Shown: in pieces, positions 25,130 to 37,380 of the stretch
How the letters are laid out: each line of letters begins with the position of its first letter
How positions within the stretch are numbered: position 1 is the stretch's first letter
Assembly (NCBI RefSeq): GCF_004010195.1
Contig: NC_057720.1
Coordinates: forward strand, 6,922,031-6,986,030
Length of the DNA: 64,000 nt
Direction: 5' to 3'
DNA from: Chiloscyllium plagiosum
Lineage: Eukaryota
Made by a program: the position numbers and the translations under genes
Notes under the pieces: model-generated
Seen by the model: only the letters and a program-made list of their open reading frames with translations
Database searches by the model: none
What the model was told of the DNA's origin: nothing

Positions 25130-25460
25130 CATAGTCATTGAGTCGTATGGCACAGAAACAAACCCTTCGGTCCAACCAGTCCATACTGAACATAATCCAG
25201 AACTAAACTAGTCCCACCTGCGTGCTCCTGGCCCATAACTATCCAAACTTTTCCTTTTCGTGTATCCATCCAAATATCTTTTAAACGTTGTAATTGTACC
25301 CTCATAAACCACTTCCTCAGGAAGTTCATTTCACACACGAACCAATCTCTGTATAAAAAAAATGTCTCTTATGTGTTGTGCAAACCTCTCTCCTCTCACC
25401 TAAAAATTGTGCCACCAGTCTGGAATTCCCCAACTTAGGGAAAGGACAACTACCATCTAC
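25130..25460 (-). mobile_element. CR1 3' fragment
   Basis: HER1-like 3' UTR similar to 8728-9000. Confidence 0.8.
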
Positions 25461-25829
25461 AACGATAGATTTACTTCCCCAGGGGGCATTAAAGGATCAG
25501 ATATGATCTAATGGTAACAGTGGCCATCATTTGGTTAGTTTCTTTTCTTTCAGATTTTTATTTTATTGGATTCAAATTTCACGAACTGCGGGATGAGCAT
25601 TTCTATCTCCAGACCCTTAGACTGGCATTCTGGAATACTAGTCAAGTGGCATTGGCACTACCCACCCCAGCTCTTCATCTGGTCAGGGAACAGAAGCAAT
25701 CCCAAGGAATTTCCAGCTGTAGAGGTTTATAATCTTTTATCAAACTAGCTCACCAGGAGGGAACATAGAAATTGGGGCACTTTCTCTGAATACAGGGAAT
25801 GTGACAAGGACATCCGAATGACAAAATTA

Positions 25830-26080
25830 CAAAAATCAGAAACAAAAGCAGAAATTGCTGGAAAAGCTCAGCAAGTCTGGCAGCATCCACGCAGAGAAAT
25901 CGGAGTTAACGTTTTGGGTCCAGTGACCCTTCCCCAGAACTGCAGATGCATTTCCAAGGAAGGGTCACCGGACCTGAAACGCTAACTTTGGTTTCTCTCC
26001 GTGGATGCTGCCAGACCTGCTGAGCTTTTCCAGCAATTTCTGCTTTTGTTTCTGATTTCCATCATCCACAGTTCTTTTTT
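25830..26080. mobile_element. Inverted pair of family C PLE-derived elements
   Basis: About 105-bp reverse-complement arms around a short spacer at 25940-25952. Confidence 0.85.
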
Positions 26081-26736
26081 TAAAAAAATTGCTAAAATGT
26101 TTCGTTGTGATAAAGAAAACAAAGTGTTTAAACTGGTTACCGAGTTAGTACCTAAAGATTGTAAATGTAATACCAAGAGATAAAATAAAGATTCATTGGG
26201 GAGAAACTTCCCATTCTGTTCCTCTGCATTTTACAATTAGTCTTTATTGAATGTTTACCTATTTCCATTTTAAAAGGCGCCTGATGGTATTGGATTTTCA
26301 TCCTGGTTTCAACTTTGGCAAACACTTGCACCCTCTCCATGGCACTTTAGCACTTGTGTATGAAAATATTCATTCATTAGTGATTTATATAGCTGTGAAA
26401 TCCAAACCATAGCAATGAGGAGAGATCCTCTGTGCATGCATAAACTGATCAAAGGAAATTCATTTTGAAATATTAAAGCAGGAGCAAAACATAAGACACC
26501 GTAGGAAACACATTGCCCAGTAAAGCGCTCATGTAGAACCACTTTGTGTACAAAGAGGATGGTAATGGATATGGTTAGCCAGCGTAGATGTTACAAAATG
26601 AATAACATTTTGGGATGTGAAGCATTTCGTGTCCAATTTAGTTGTGAAAGATGTTAAGCTGAGTATTTTGCAGGTGGATGCGTGTTCCCTGATTTCTCCA
26701 GTTCCACTTTTTTTTTTCCCTCCTCAACTGTTGCAG

Positions 26737-26849
26737 GTCCAGACAAAGAGATGGGATTATCTCAGAGAATGTGGAAGGGGTTCCCTCTGTGTTTTCAAGA
26801 GGGAGCGGGACTATTTTTACGTTGGGGAAGAGATTGCAATGCATAAGAG
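26737..26849 (+). other. Candidate 113-bp exon (gene unknown)
   Basis: Strong acceptor CCACTTTTTTTTTTCCCTCCTCAACTGTTGCAG| and donor AG|GTAAGT within non-repetitive sequence; two frames are open. Confidence 0.35.
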
Positions 26850-26937
26850 GTAAGTGGATGAAGTAAAGGAAGGAACATAAAGACTGACCATGAAAGCTTC
26901 TATAAATACACAAAGAGAAAAATATTACTGAAGGCAA

Positions 26938-27490
26938 ATGGAATATTGCGCTCAGTTCTGGTCTTCCTGCTATCGGAAAGATGCTGTTAAACTTGAGAGG
27001 GTGCAGAAAGGATTTACAAGGATGTTGTCAGGTTTGGAGGGTTTGAGCTATAGGGAGAGACTGAATAGGCTGGGACTGTTTTCCCTGGAGCGTCAGGCAC
27101 TAAAGGGTGACCTTATAGATGTTTATAAAATCATGAGGAGCATGGATAGGGTAAAAAGACAAGGTCTTTTCCCTGGGGTGGGGAAGTTCAAAATGAGAGG
27201 TCTTGTGTTTAAGTTGAGAGGGGAAAGATTTAAAAGAGACTTAAGGGGCAACCTTTTCACACAGAGGGTGGTGCGTGAATAGAATGAGCTGCCAATGGAA
27301 GTGGTGGAGGCTGATACAATTACAGCATTTAAAAGGCATCTGGATGGGTATATGAATAGGAAGGGATTAGAGGGACATGGGCTGTATGCTGGCAGGTGGG
27401 ACTAGATTAGGTTGGGATATCTGGTCGGCATGGACAAGTTGGAGAGAAGAGTTTATTTCCATTTGTCCATCTCCATGAGTTTATGACTTT
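26938..27490 (+). mobile_element. CR1 (HER1-like) 3' fragment inserted in an older CR1
   Basis: ORF 26938-27282 EYCAQFWS..YRKD..KLERVQK...FTQRVVR. Confidence 0.9.
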
Positions 27491-29830
27491 ATTAATGCAA
27501 TGAAATTAAAATGGGAAATAAGGCAATAGTAGAAAGATTCAACACATATTTTTGTTCTGACTTCACAACAGAGGACAGAATAACTTTCTCGATTGTTAGG
27601 GAACTAAATGTCCAGTGACTGGAAGGATTTGATGAAAATCAGTTTATTAATAAAATGATGCTGGAGAAATTAATGGAGTTAAAGGCTGACAAATCCCCAT
27701 GGCCTGACAATCGTCATCCCTGAGTACTAAAGGAAATATAATTTGAAATATTAGATGCATTGGTGATCATCTGACAAAATTCAATTGACTCTGAAGCAAT
27801 TTCTACAGATTGAAGGCTGGCAATTGTAACCCTACAATATTAAACAGTCGGGGAGATAAAAGAGCAGTTCACTGTGTACATGAGTGACTTGGATGTAGGA
27901 ACCAAACGCAATAGTTCCAAGTTTGCTGATGACATAAAACTAGGTTGGATTGTGAGTTATGAGGAGGAGGTAAGGATGCTTCAGTGTGACTTGGATAAGT
28001 TGAGTATGTGGGCAAAGATATGGCAGATGTAATTTTGTTAAGTGTGTCAAGTTGACTGTTTTACTGTATTTATGCACAATCTTGGCAAGAGCGTACTTGG
28101 AGTATTACATGTAATTTTGGCCTCTCGACCTGAGAGTCAAACAGTCATAGAGTCATACAGCACGAAACAGACCCTTCGGTCCAACCAGTCCATGCTGACC
28201 ATAATCCCAAACTAAACTAGTCCCACCTCCCTGCGCTTGGCCTGTATCCCTCCAAACATTTCTTATTAATGTACTGATCCAAATGTCTTCTAAATATTGT
28301 AACTGTACCCGCATCCACCACTTCCTCTAAAAATTCATTCCACTCTCCATGTAAATATATTGCCCCTCCTGTCCTTTTTAAATCTTTCTCCTCTCACCTT
28401 GAAATTATACCCCATACTCGTGAAGTCCCCCACCCTAGGGAAACGACACCTGCCATTCACTTTATTTATGCCCCTCATGATCTTATAAACTTCAATAAAG
28501 GCTATCTCTCAACTTCCTAAGCTCGAGTGGAAGAAATCCTGACCTTATAACTTAAACCTTCCATTTCCAGCAAAATTTTGGTAAATCTTTTCTGAACCCT
28601 CTCCAGCTTAATAATCCCTTTTTTACAAGCCTGGTCTGTCCAACCTTTCTTTACAAGGCAACCCATCCATTCCAGATTTTAACCAAGTAAATCATTTCTG
28701 AACTGCTTCCAACACATTTGCATCCTCCCTTAAGTAAGAAGAGCTCCTCATCCTCCTCATGTATTTGCCACAGAGGGAGTGCAGCAAATGTTCCCTTGTC
28801 TGATACCAGGACATTAAAGACATCTTGGAAATGACTGCCAGATACTCAGACCTCTTGGCATCATGGTAGCCCACAAACCCACCAACACACTAAAACAGCA
28901 GCTAATGAACTTGGAAGGCCTGATATAGACAACAAGTAAAATCAATGTCAATTACAAAATACCTAGCAAGAACTGTAACAAACACTATATTGGACAAATA
29001 GGCAGAAAACTAGTCACCAGGATACATGAACATCAAATAGCCACAAAAAGACATGATCCACTCTCACTAGTATCCTGACAGACAGATGAGGAAAGACACC
29101 ACTTTGACTGGGACAACACACCCATCCTAGGACAAGCCAAACAGAGACAGGCACGAGAATTCCTAGAAGCATGGCATTCCAACCGGAAATCTATCAACAA
29201 ACACATTGACTTGGATCTCATTTACCATTCCCTGAGAAATAGAACAGGAAAAGACATCACCACTGGAAATGACATCACCAACCCAAGGAAACCTAAACAC
29301 ATAAATTAAAAAGCGGGCCATACCACCAATGTTTCCCCGGAGACTACTGGTGATGTTACCTAGCGTGGTGATGAAACGTCTGAAAATTAACCTTCCAGCT
29401 CAGTGAGCAAACCCTGATAGCAGGACTGTCTACTGAGAAGAAAGTGAGTCATGTGGGCCTGCATTCATGAGAATTTGGAAGGACTGGATAGGATCTGATG
29501 TAAATGTATGAAATTCTAAAAGAGCTGGAGAGACTGGATGCAGGGATGAAGTTTCCCCTGGTTGAAAGAATCTAGAACCAGAGTCACAATCTTCAGATAC
29601 AGATTAGGGCATTTTGGTCTGAGCGAGTGGCTAATCTTTGAAATTTGCAACTACAGAAGGGCCACACAATTGAGCATATTCCAGAAAGAGATAATAAATG
29701 TTTAGAAAATAAAAGTTATGGAGAGAAAGTAGAAGTGTGGTGTCAATCGACAGGATCTGCCATGATCATATTTAATGGCAGGACAGACTCAAAGGGCAGA
29801 ATGGCCTATTCCTACTACCAGTTTCCAAGT
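27490..29830. mobile_element. Old plus-strand CR1 (27490-28135, 29415-29830) interrupted by minus-strand CR1 pieces (28140-28740) and a PLE
   Basis: TCCAAGTTTGCTGATGACATAAAA (SKFADD.K) at about 27916-27939; 3' UTR at 29700-29830. Confidence 0.7.
28790..29412 (+). mobile_element. Penelope-like element (Penelope/Poseidon-like) GIY-YIG domain plus 3' end, decayed
   Basis: Translation VAHKPTNTLK...NVNYKIPSKNCNKHYIGQIGRKLVTRIHEH...FDWDNT.ILGQAK...REFLEAWHS, with in-frame stops. Confidence 0.9.
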
Positions 29831-30424
29831 TTCTCTAAGCACATGGGATTTCCTGAATGGTTTCCAATACCTAAGGAGCCTCATTTATATTACCTCTTTG
29901 AACTTGGATCTATGCAGCGTCTTTTTTGATCAGTAGAAGTCTTTTAATTAGCTACACTGACACATACAGAACACATTTACAAATGGTGACCTCTTTCATC
30001 GAATGAAATGTTATATCCACAGGAGCTAGAATCAGTATTTGTTGATGCCAAACATCATAAAAAGGGATTTTGTTTTCCCTTGGCTGGCAGGGGAATTTCT
30101 TATTCAGTATTGAGGTGAATAATCGATCTGCTGGCTTTGTTGATCCAGACTGACTGGTTTTAACTCACCATGAGTGGATCTCACAGGGCAGCAGTTCAGA
30201 ATAAGGAGAATTGCCCAACTTGGATATCCAAGGTTGGTCACATTTTAAGCCAAAACACCTTCAGAGCAAAGTAAGCCATTCAGCCCATCAAGTCTGCTAC
30301 AGTGAAAGGATGGCTGATCTGATAACCCTCAATTCCACTGTCCTGCCTTTTTTCCATAACTCTTACTGATTAAAAATCTGTCTCAGCCTTGACCATACTC
30401 AATGACCCAGAGTTGACTGCCCTC

Positions 30425-33117
30425 TAGAACATAGAACGTTACGTCGCAGTACAGGCCCTTCAGCCCTCACTGTTGTGCCGACCTGCGAAATTAATCTGAT
30501 GCCCATCTAACCTACTCCGTGTCATTATTATCCATTTGTATGTCCAATGGCCATTTAAATGCCTTAACATCAGCGAGTCTACTCCTGTTACAGGCAGTGT
30601 GTTCCACGCCCCTACTACTCTCTGAGTAAAGAAACTACTCAAAATATCTGTCCTAAATCTACCACCCTCAATTTAAAGTTATGTCCCCTCGTGTTAACCT
30701 TCACTATCCGAGGAAAAAAGCTCTCACTATCCACCCTATCTATCTGCCTGATTATCTTAAGTAACTTGTCAATCTTCTTCTCTCCAATGAAAATTGCCTC
30801 AGTTCCCTCAGCTTTTCCTCATAAGACCTTCCTTCCATACCAGGAAACATCCTCGTAAATCTCCTTTGAACGCTTTTCAAAGCTTTCACATCCTTCCTAT
30901 AAAAGCGGTGATCAGAATTGCACACAATACTCCAGGTGCGGCCCTACCAGTGTCGGACTGAGGCATGACCTTGTTGCTCCGAAACTCAATCCCCCTAACA
31001 ATAAATGCCAAAACACCATATGCCTTCTTAACAACCTTATTCACCTGGGTTGCAACTTTCAGGGATTTATGCACCTGGACACCGAGATCTCTCTATCCAC
31101 ATACACTGCCAAGAATTTTACCATTAGCCCAGCACTGTGCATTCCTGTTATTTCTTCCGACGTGAGCTACCTCACACTTTTCCCCATTAAACTCCATTTG
31201 CCACTTCTCAGCCCAGGTCTGCAGCTTGTCTATGTGCCTCTGTAACCCACAACATCCATTGACACTATACACAATTCTGCCTACCTTAGTGTCATCCTCA
31301 AATTTACTAATCTGTCCTCCTACACCCGCCTCCAGATCATTTATAAAAATGACAATCAGCAGTGGCCCCAAAACCGAACCTTGCAGCGCACCACTAGTAA
31401 CTGAGCTCCAGGATGATCATTTCCCACCCTCTGTCTTCTTTCAGCCAATCTCTGATCCAAACCGCTAAATCACCTTCAATCCCGAAACTCCTTATTTTGT
31501 GCAATAGTCTACCATGTCGAACCTTATCACATACATAACTGAAGTCCATATACACCACATCAACCACCTTACCTTCATCCACCTGTTTTGTCATCTTCTC
31601 AAAGAACTCAATAACATTCTTTAGTGAATAAAGTGAAGCAAGACCTACCCTTCACAAAACCATGTTCACTATCCCTAATCAGATTATTCTTTTCCAGATG
31701 ATTATAAATCCTATCCCTCATAACCTTTTCCTATACCTTACCCACAACCGAAGTAAGGCTCACTGACGTATAATTATCAGGGTTGTCCCAACTCCCCTTC
31801 ATAAACAAGGGAACTACATTTATGATCCTCCAGTCTTCTGGCACCACTCCTGTCAACAATGATGACATAAAGATCAAAGCCAAAGGCTCTGCAATCTCCT
31901 CCCTGGTTTCCCAGAGAATCTGAGGATGAATCCCATCTGGCCCCAGGGTCTTAGCTATTTTCAGATCTTCCAAAATTGCTGAAACCTGCTGTTTGTCAAC
32001 CTCAATCCCATCTAATCTTGTAACCTATACCTCCCGTATTCTCACTAACACTGCCCTTTTCCAATGGGAATACTGACAAGAAGTATTCATTAAATGCTTC
32101 CCCTATGTCCTCAGATTCCACACATAACTTCCCTTTACTGTCCTTGATTGGCCCTAATCTTACTCTAGCTGAAAAATCGCAGCAGGTCAGGCAGCATCCA
32201 AGGAACAGGAGAATCGACGTTTTGGGCATAAACCCTTCTTCAGGATTCCTGAAGAAGGGCTTATGCCCAAAACGTCGATTTTCCTGTTCCTTGGATGCTG
32301 CCTGACCTGCTGCGCTTTTCCAGCAACACATTTTCAGCTCTGATCTCCAGCATCTGCAGTCCTCACTTTCTCCTAATCTTACTCTAGTCATTCTTTTATT
32401 TTGCATTTACCTATAGAAGGCCTTAGGGTTTTCCTTGATTCTAGCCACCAACAACTTCTTATATCCCCTCCTGGCTCTTCTTAGCTCTCTCTTTAGATCT
32501 ATTCTGGCTAACTTATAACTCTCAAGGTCCCTAACTGAGCCTTCATGCCTCATCCTCACATAAGCCTTCCTCTTCCGATTGACAAGAGCTTCAACTTCTT
32601 TAGTAAAGCATGGCTTCTTCTCTCCATAAGTACCTCCCTGCCTGATAATTATATACTTATCAAGAACCTGCAGTAGCTGTTCCTTGAATAAGCTCCACAT
32701 TTCAAGTGTGTCCATCCCCTGTAGTTTCCTTCCCCATTCTATGCATCCTAAATCTTGCCTAATCACATCATAATAGCCTTTCCCCAGTTATACTTTTCAC
32801 TGCGGTACATATCTATCCCTGCTCATTGCCATTGCAAATATAACTGAATTGTGGTCACCATCACCAAAGTGCTCACCTACCTCCAAATCTAACACCTGGC
32901 CGGGTTCAGACCCCAATACCAAATCCAATATGGCATCGCCCCTTGTTGGACTGTCTCCATACTGTGTCAGAAAACTCTCCTGCACACATTGAACAAAAAC
33001 CGACCCATATAACTTACTTGAACTATGGCATTCCCAGTCAATATTGGGGAAGTTTAAGTCTCCCATAACAACTACCCTGTTACTCTCGCTCCCATTGAGA
33101 ATCATCTTTGCTATCCT
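30425..33117 (-). mobile_element. Long CR1 LINE fragment nested in an older CR1 3' end (30265-30424 and 33118-33490)
   Basis: VVMGDLNFPNIDW, LDLVLG, NPKAFY, GPDGIHP, YMDFS and SKFEDDTK motifs; the host sequence resumes at TAAAGAATTCCACAG. Confidence 0.95.
32169..32373. mobile_element. Fold-back family A PLE-derived element inside CR1
   Basis: TSD (CC)TAATCTTACTCTAG at 32153-32168 and 32372-32387; arms meet at CTTCAGG-AT-TCCTGAAG. Confidence 0.9.
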
Positions 33118-33699
33118 TAAAGAATTCCACAGGTACAGTACTCTCTGAGAGAACAGATTTTTCCTCATCTCTGTCTTAAAGGACCAACCCCTCATTGTGA
33201 GATTATGCCCTCTGGTCTTCGAAGGGTCCACAAAGGGGGGCAAGTTTCTACAAGCACCCTGTCAGGTCCCCTAAGAATCTTATACATTTTAAGAATGTCG
33301 TCTCTCATTCTCCAAATTCCCCTGAATACAGATCCAACTGACTCAATCTCTCCTCAGAAGAAAATTGCTCGAAATCAACTCATGAATCTTGTCTCTAGAC
33401 TGCCTCCAATGACAATGTATCTTTTCTTCAATAATATTTGCTCACATTATTCCAACTGCAATCGAACTGGTGCATGGTAATGTTTGAGTTGTTCCTCATG
33501 TTCCATTTGTGGAAGAAGGGGCTACATTTTCCCTGGTCTGTCCTCAATCGGGAGACACAGTAACCTTTACCTGGAACCTGTCTCAAAGTAACCTTTTCTA
33601 CGGTCTGATCAAAGGTCTTTGCCCCATAACTGCAGGGGAGACATTAAACACAACAGAGGCATAGCACTGACAATCCAAGAGCCAGTCTTGAGTCTGGAC

Positions 33700-33870
33700 A
33701 GCTATTTTAATCACCACAGTCCCATTAGAGAATGAGGTGACTGGCTGTGGTTTAACCATAAGAGTTACTATGCCTCAGATGAGATCAAGGAGGTGCAGGA
33801 ATTGAACCCATGCTGTTGGCACTATTCTAAATCGCAAACCAGCCAACTAGCTAAACGAGCTAACCAATCC
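33700..33870 (-). mobile_element. tRNA-head SINE fragment (further family)
   Basis: Minus strand has A-box-like TTAGCTCGTTTAGC and B-box GGTTCAATTCC. Confidence 0.55.
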
Positions 33871-34043
33871 TCAGGGAGTAAAGGCTCAGTGGTCTAGCTA
33901 TGCTGCACTTTTGCCATGTCTTCCAAGCCCGATGGGCTGAGATATTTACCTGCATCTGAGTGAGTGCAGCGACAGGTTGACTGTGAATCGCAGGTCATTC
34001 GGACCGAGAAAAAAATACAAAACAGAAACTGCTTCTCTGCGTC

Positions 34044-34152
34044 TTACAATCTTATTCTCCGCAACCACCTGATGAAGGAGCAGTGCTCTGAAAGCTAGTG
34101 CTTCCAAATAAACCTGTTGGACGATAACCTGGTGCTGTGTGATTTGTAACTT
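34044..34152 (+). mobile_element. Family B PLE-derived monomer with hammerhead-like core
   Basis: TSD TGCTTCTCTGC(G/A)TC at 34030-34043 and 34153-34166; core CAC-CTGATGA-A-GGAGC-AGT-GCTCT-GAA-AGCT-A-GTG at 34066-34100. Confidence 0.85.
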
Positions 34153-34699
34153 TGCTTCTCTGCATCATTCTGCTCCTTATTTTAAAACTGTTTGACAGTG
34201 GACCCCTGTTGATCTGAAATTCTGCCCATTCGGAATGGCAAAGTTGAGGGGCTCAGGCAATTTTTGTTATCAGCCAATAGAGGCTGGTCCTGTTTATGGG
34301 AGATCCCACAAAAACAAGGCAGGATTGGTGCTTGCTGATTTCTTAACTTCCTGAGAAGTTCCTGGATAAATGCATGATGACAAAATAAAAACGGAGCGTG
34401 TAAATTCAGGAATATATAACATCACTGGCACTTCCCCTCTGTGGAAAACAACAAGTGTTGGAAATGGTGGTGTATTCCACAGGAAATAGTTCGACATGGA
34501 GAGTAGAACTTGCTTTTGGGAAAAGTAAAATGAAATCCATGTGTGAATAATACTGGCAGAAAAAAAATGCATTGTCAATTCAAGAGGGAAAGGAGAGGAC
34601 TGCAGTGATTAATTAGCATATTATCTGTCTCTAAAAGGATGAAATTGTTCCCTTTGGAAACAGCATCAGGTAAAATACTTAAAGACAAAATCACTGAAA

Positions 34700-34818
34700 C
34701 TTCACCTGATGAAGCACTAGCCCGCCGAAAAACTTTTAATTTTAATTAAACCTGTTGGACTATAACCTGGCGTTGTATGACTTTGTCCACCCCAGTCCAA
34801 CACTGGCACCTCCACATC
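34700..34818 (+). mobile_element. Family B PLE-derived element (degenerate)
   Basis: CACCTGATGAAG...CCGAAA...AAACCTGTTGGACTATAACCTGG. Confidence 0.75.
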
Positions 34819-35583
34819 ATCACTGTATCTTCAGTACAGGAGGGGCTTTCTTGGACATTCCTAGCTCCACAGTGGAGTTGTTTACTCTAATCTCTATTTT
34901 TTTCTTCAATATAACTCTCCTTCACGGGTTTATTCTCTTTTAAATCCCATAATTCATTCAGCTTGAAGGGGCAATTATGCTAATGAATTTCATATCCGAA
35001 ATAATCTTTTTTTGTGTACGAATAAAATTCCTTCAAGCCTTCTTCTTTGTGACTCGAACGCTAAGTATCCCTCTGGTTTAGATTTGGACTTCCTCCCAGC
35101 AACCTCTTCCCGTACTCAGCGCAAAAAGGACTTATCATAAGGAGACACATGTCAAGTTCACAACATTATTCACACAGCAAATGGAATGAGCTGTCATGTG
35201 ACCAACAGTTTGTGTCAGCTACGCAATTGGTGCAGGAACACCAGTGTCGTGTTTAGTTTTCTGGAGCTGTCATCACAGATTTTGGACAAAGGAAAAAACT
35301 AGCCTTTGCATTGATCTTGGGAAATCTCAAAGTATTTTACAGCTAATTAAAGACGTTTAAAGTATCACAACGTGAAGATACACACCAGCAACTTTTCAGG
35401 ACAGCAAACTCCAAACAAAGTTACGGGCTTGTTTTTGACTGGCCTAGACTCAATGGGCCGAAGGGTCTTTTACTTTTTAAAATTGATTTCGTGGGATATG
35501 GGCATCGCTGGCTGGGCCAGCATTTATGGCCCTTCCCTAGTTGCCCCTTGAGAAGGTGGTGGTGAGCTGCCTTCTTGAACCAC

Positions 35584-35680
35584 GATGAGGAGGTGTGATG
35601 TTGGACTGGGGTGGACAAAGTTGAAATTCACACAACACCTGGTTATAGTCCAACAGGTTTATTTGGAAGCACTAGCTTTC
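35584..35680 (-). mobile_element. Family B element truncated inside the hammerhead core
   Basis: TSD TTCTTGAACC at 35572-35581 and 35678-35687. Confidence 0.8.
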
Positions 35681-35784
35681 TTGAACCGCTGCAGTGTGCC
35701 CGCTGTGCATTGACCCACAATGCCATTGGGCCAGGAATGTCAGGATTTTGACCCAGTGACAGTGAAGGTACGGCGATATATTTG

Positions 35785-36970
35785 TTGGACGGGATCCTGA
35801 GGAACAGGATTTACGTGTATTTGGAAAGACAAGGACTGATTAGGGATAGACAAATGGCTTTGTGCGTGGGAAATTATGTCTCACAAACTTGATTGAGTTT
35901 TTTGAAGAAGTAACAAAGAGGGCAGAACAGTGGATGTGATCTATATGGACTTCAGTAAAGAGTTCAACAAGGTTACCTCAGATTACAACAGGATCTTGAG
36001 CAGATGGGCCAATGGGAGAAATGGCAGGTGGTGTTTCATTTAGATAAATGTAAGGTGCTGCATTTTGGAAAAGCAAATCAAAGCAGGACTTGTACGCTTA
36101 ATCGTATTGTCCTGGGGAATGTTGCTGAGCAAAAAGACCTTGGAGTGTAGGTTCATATCTCCTTGTAAATAGAGTCGCAGGTCGATCGGATAGTGGAGAA
36201 GGCATTTGGTATGCTTTCCTTTATTGGTCAGACCATTACGTATAGGAGTTGGGAGGTCATGTTGCAGCTGTACAGGACATTGGTTAGGCCGCTGTTGGAA
36301 TATTGCGTGCAATTCTGGTCTCCTTCCTATCGGAAGGATGTTGTGAAACTTGAAACGGTTCAGGAAATATTCTCAGGATGGTGTCAGGATTTGAGGATTT
36401 GAGCTATAGGGAGAGGTTAAATTGGCTAGGGGTGTTTTCTCTGGAGTGCCAGAAGCTGAGGGTTGACCTTATAGAGGTTTATAAGATCATGAGGGGCATG
36501 GATAGGATAAATAGATAACGTCTTTTCCCTAGGGTGGGAGAGTCCATAACTAGAGGAGAAAGTGAGGGCTGCAGATGCTGGAGATCAGAGCTGAAAATGT
36601 GTTGCTGGAAAAGCGCAGCAGGTCAGGCAGCATCTAAGGAACAGGAGAATTGACGTTTCGGGCATAAGCCCTTCTTCAGGAACTAGAGTGCATAGGTTTA
36701 AGGTGAGAGGGGAAAGATATAAAAGAGACCAAAGGGGCAACTTATTCACGCATAGGGTGGTGTGTGTATGGAATGAGCTGTCAGAGATGCTGGTATAATT
36801 ACAACATTTGAAAGGCATCTGGATGGGTATATGAATAGGAAGGGTTTAGAGGGATATGGGCCAAGTGCTGGCAAATGGGACTAGATTAAAATAGGATATC
36901 TGGTTGGCATGGACGAGTTGGACCAAAGGGTCTGTTACCATGCTGTACATCGCTATGACTCTATGACCCT
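35785..36970 (+). mobile_element. CR1 (HER1-like) 3' portion with internal deletion; contains a family A monomer at 36556-36680 (minus strand)
   Basis: LQLYRTLVRPLLEYCVQFWSP motif; insert flanked by AACTAGAG at 36548-36555 and 36681-36688. Confidence 0.9.
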
Positions 36971-36989
36971 CTGAAGAGATCCCACCCAG

Positions 36990-37380
36990 AGTGTGTTTAT
37001 GTGAGTATGTGAATGAATGTGTGAGTGAATGTTTGTGCGTATTTTTGAGTGAATAAATGTAATTGTGTGAATGTGTGTGCATGCATGTATGCTCATGCAT
37101 GTGNNNNNNNNNNNNNNNNNNNNNNNNNNNNNNNNNNNNNNNNNNNNNAGTGTGTGAATGTGTGTGTGTATTGTATGTGTGTGTAACAGAGTGTGTGTAT
37201 GAAAGAGTGTGTGAATGTATCTGTGTGTGTGTGTGAGAGTGTGCGAGTGTGTGTAACAGACTGTGTGTATGAAAGAGTGTGTGAATGTATCTGTGTGTGT
37301 GTGTGAGAGTGTGCGAGTGTGTGTAACAGACTGTGTGTATGTGTGTGTGTAACAGATTGTGTGTGTGTGTGTGTGTGTGC
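36990..37380. repeat. TG-rich compound micro/minisatellite with a 70-bp period; includes a 45-N gap (37104-37148)
   Basis: GAAAGAGTGTGTGAATGTATCTG at 37201 and 37271. Confidence 0.9.

Noticed and set aside
30214..30237. Short near-palindrome CCAACTTGGATATCCAAGGTTGG
   Set aside because: Too short for a pre-miRNA and plausible by chance in 64 kb
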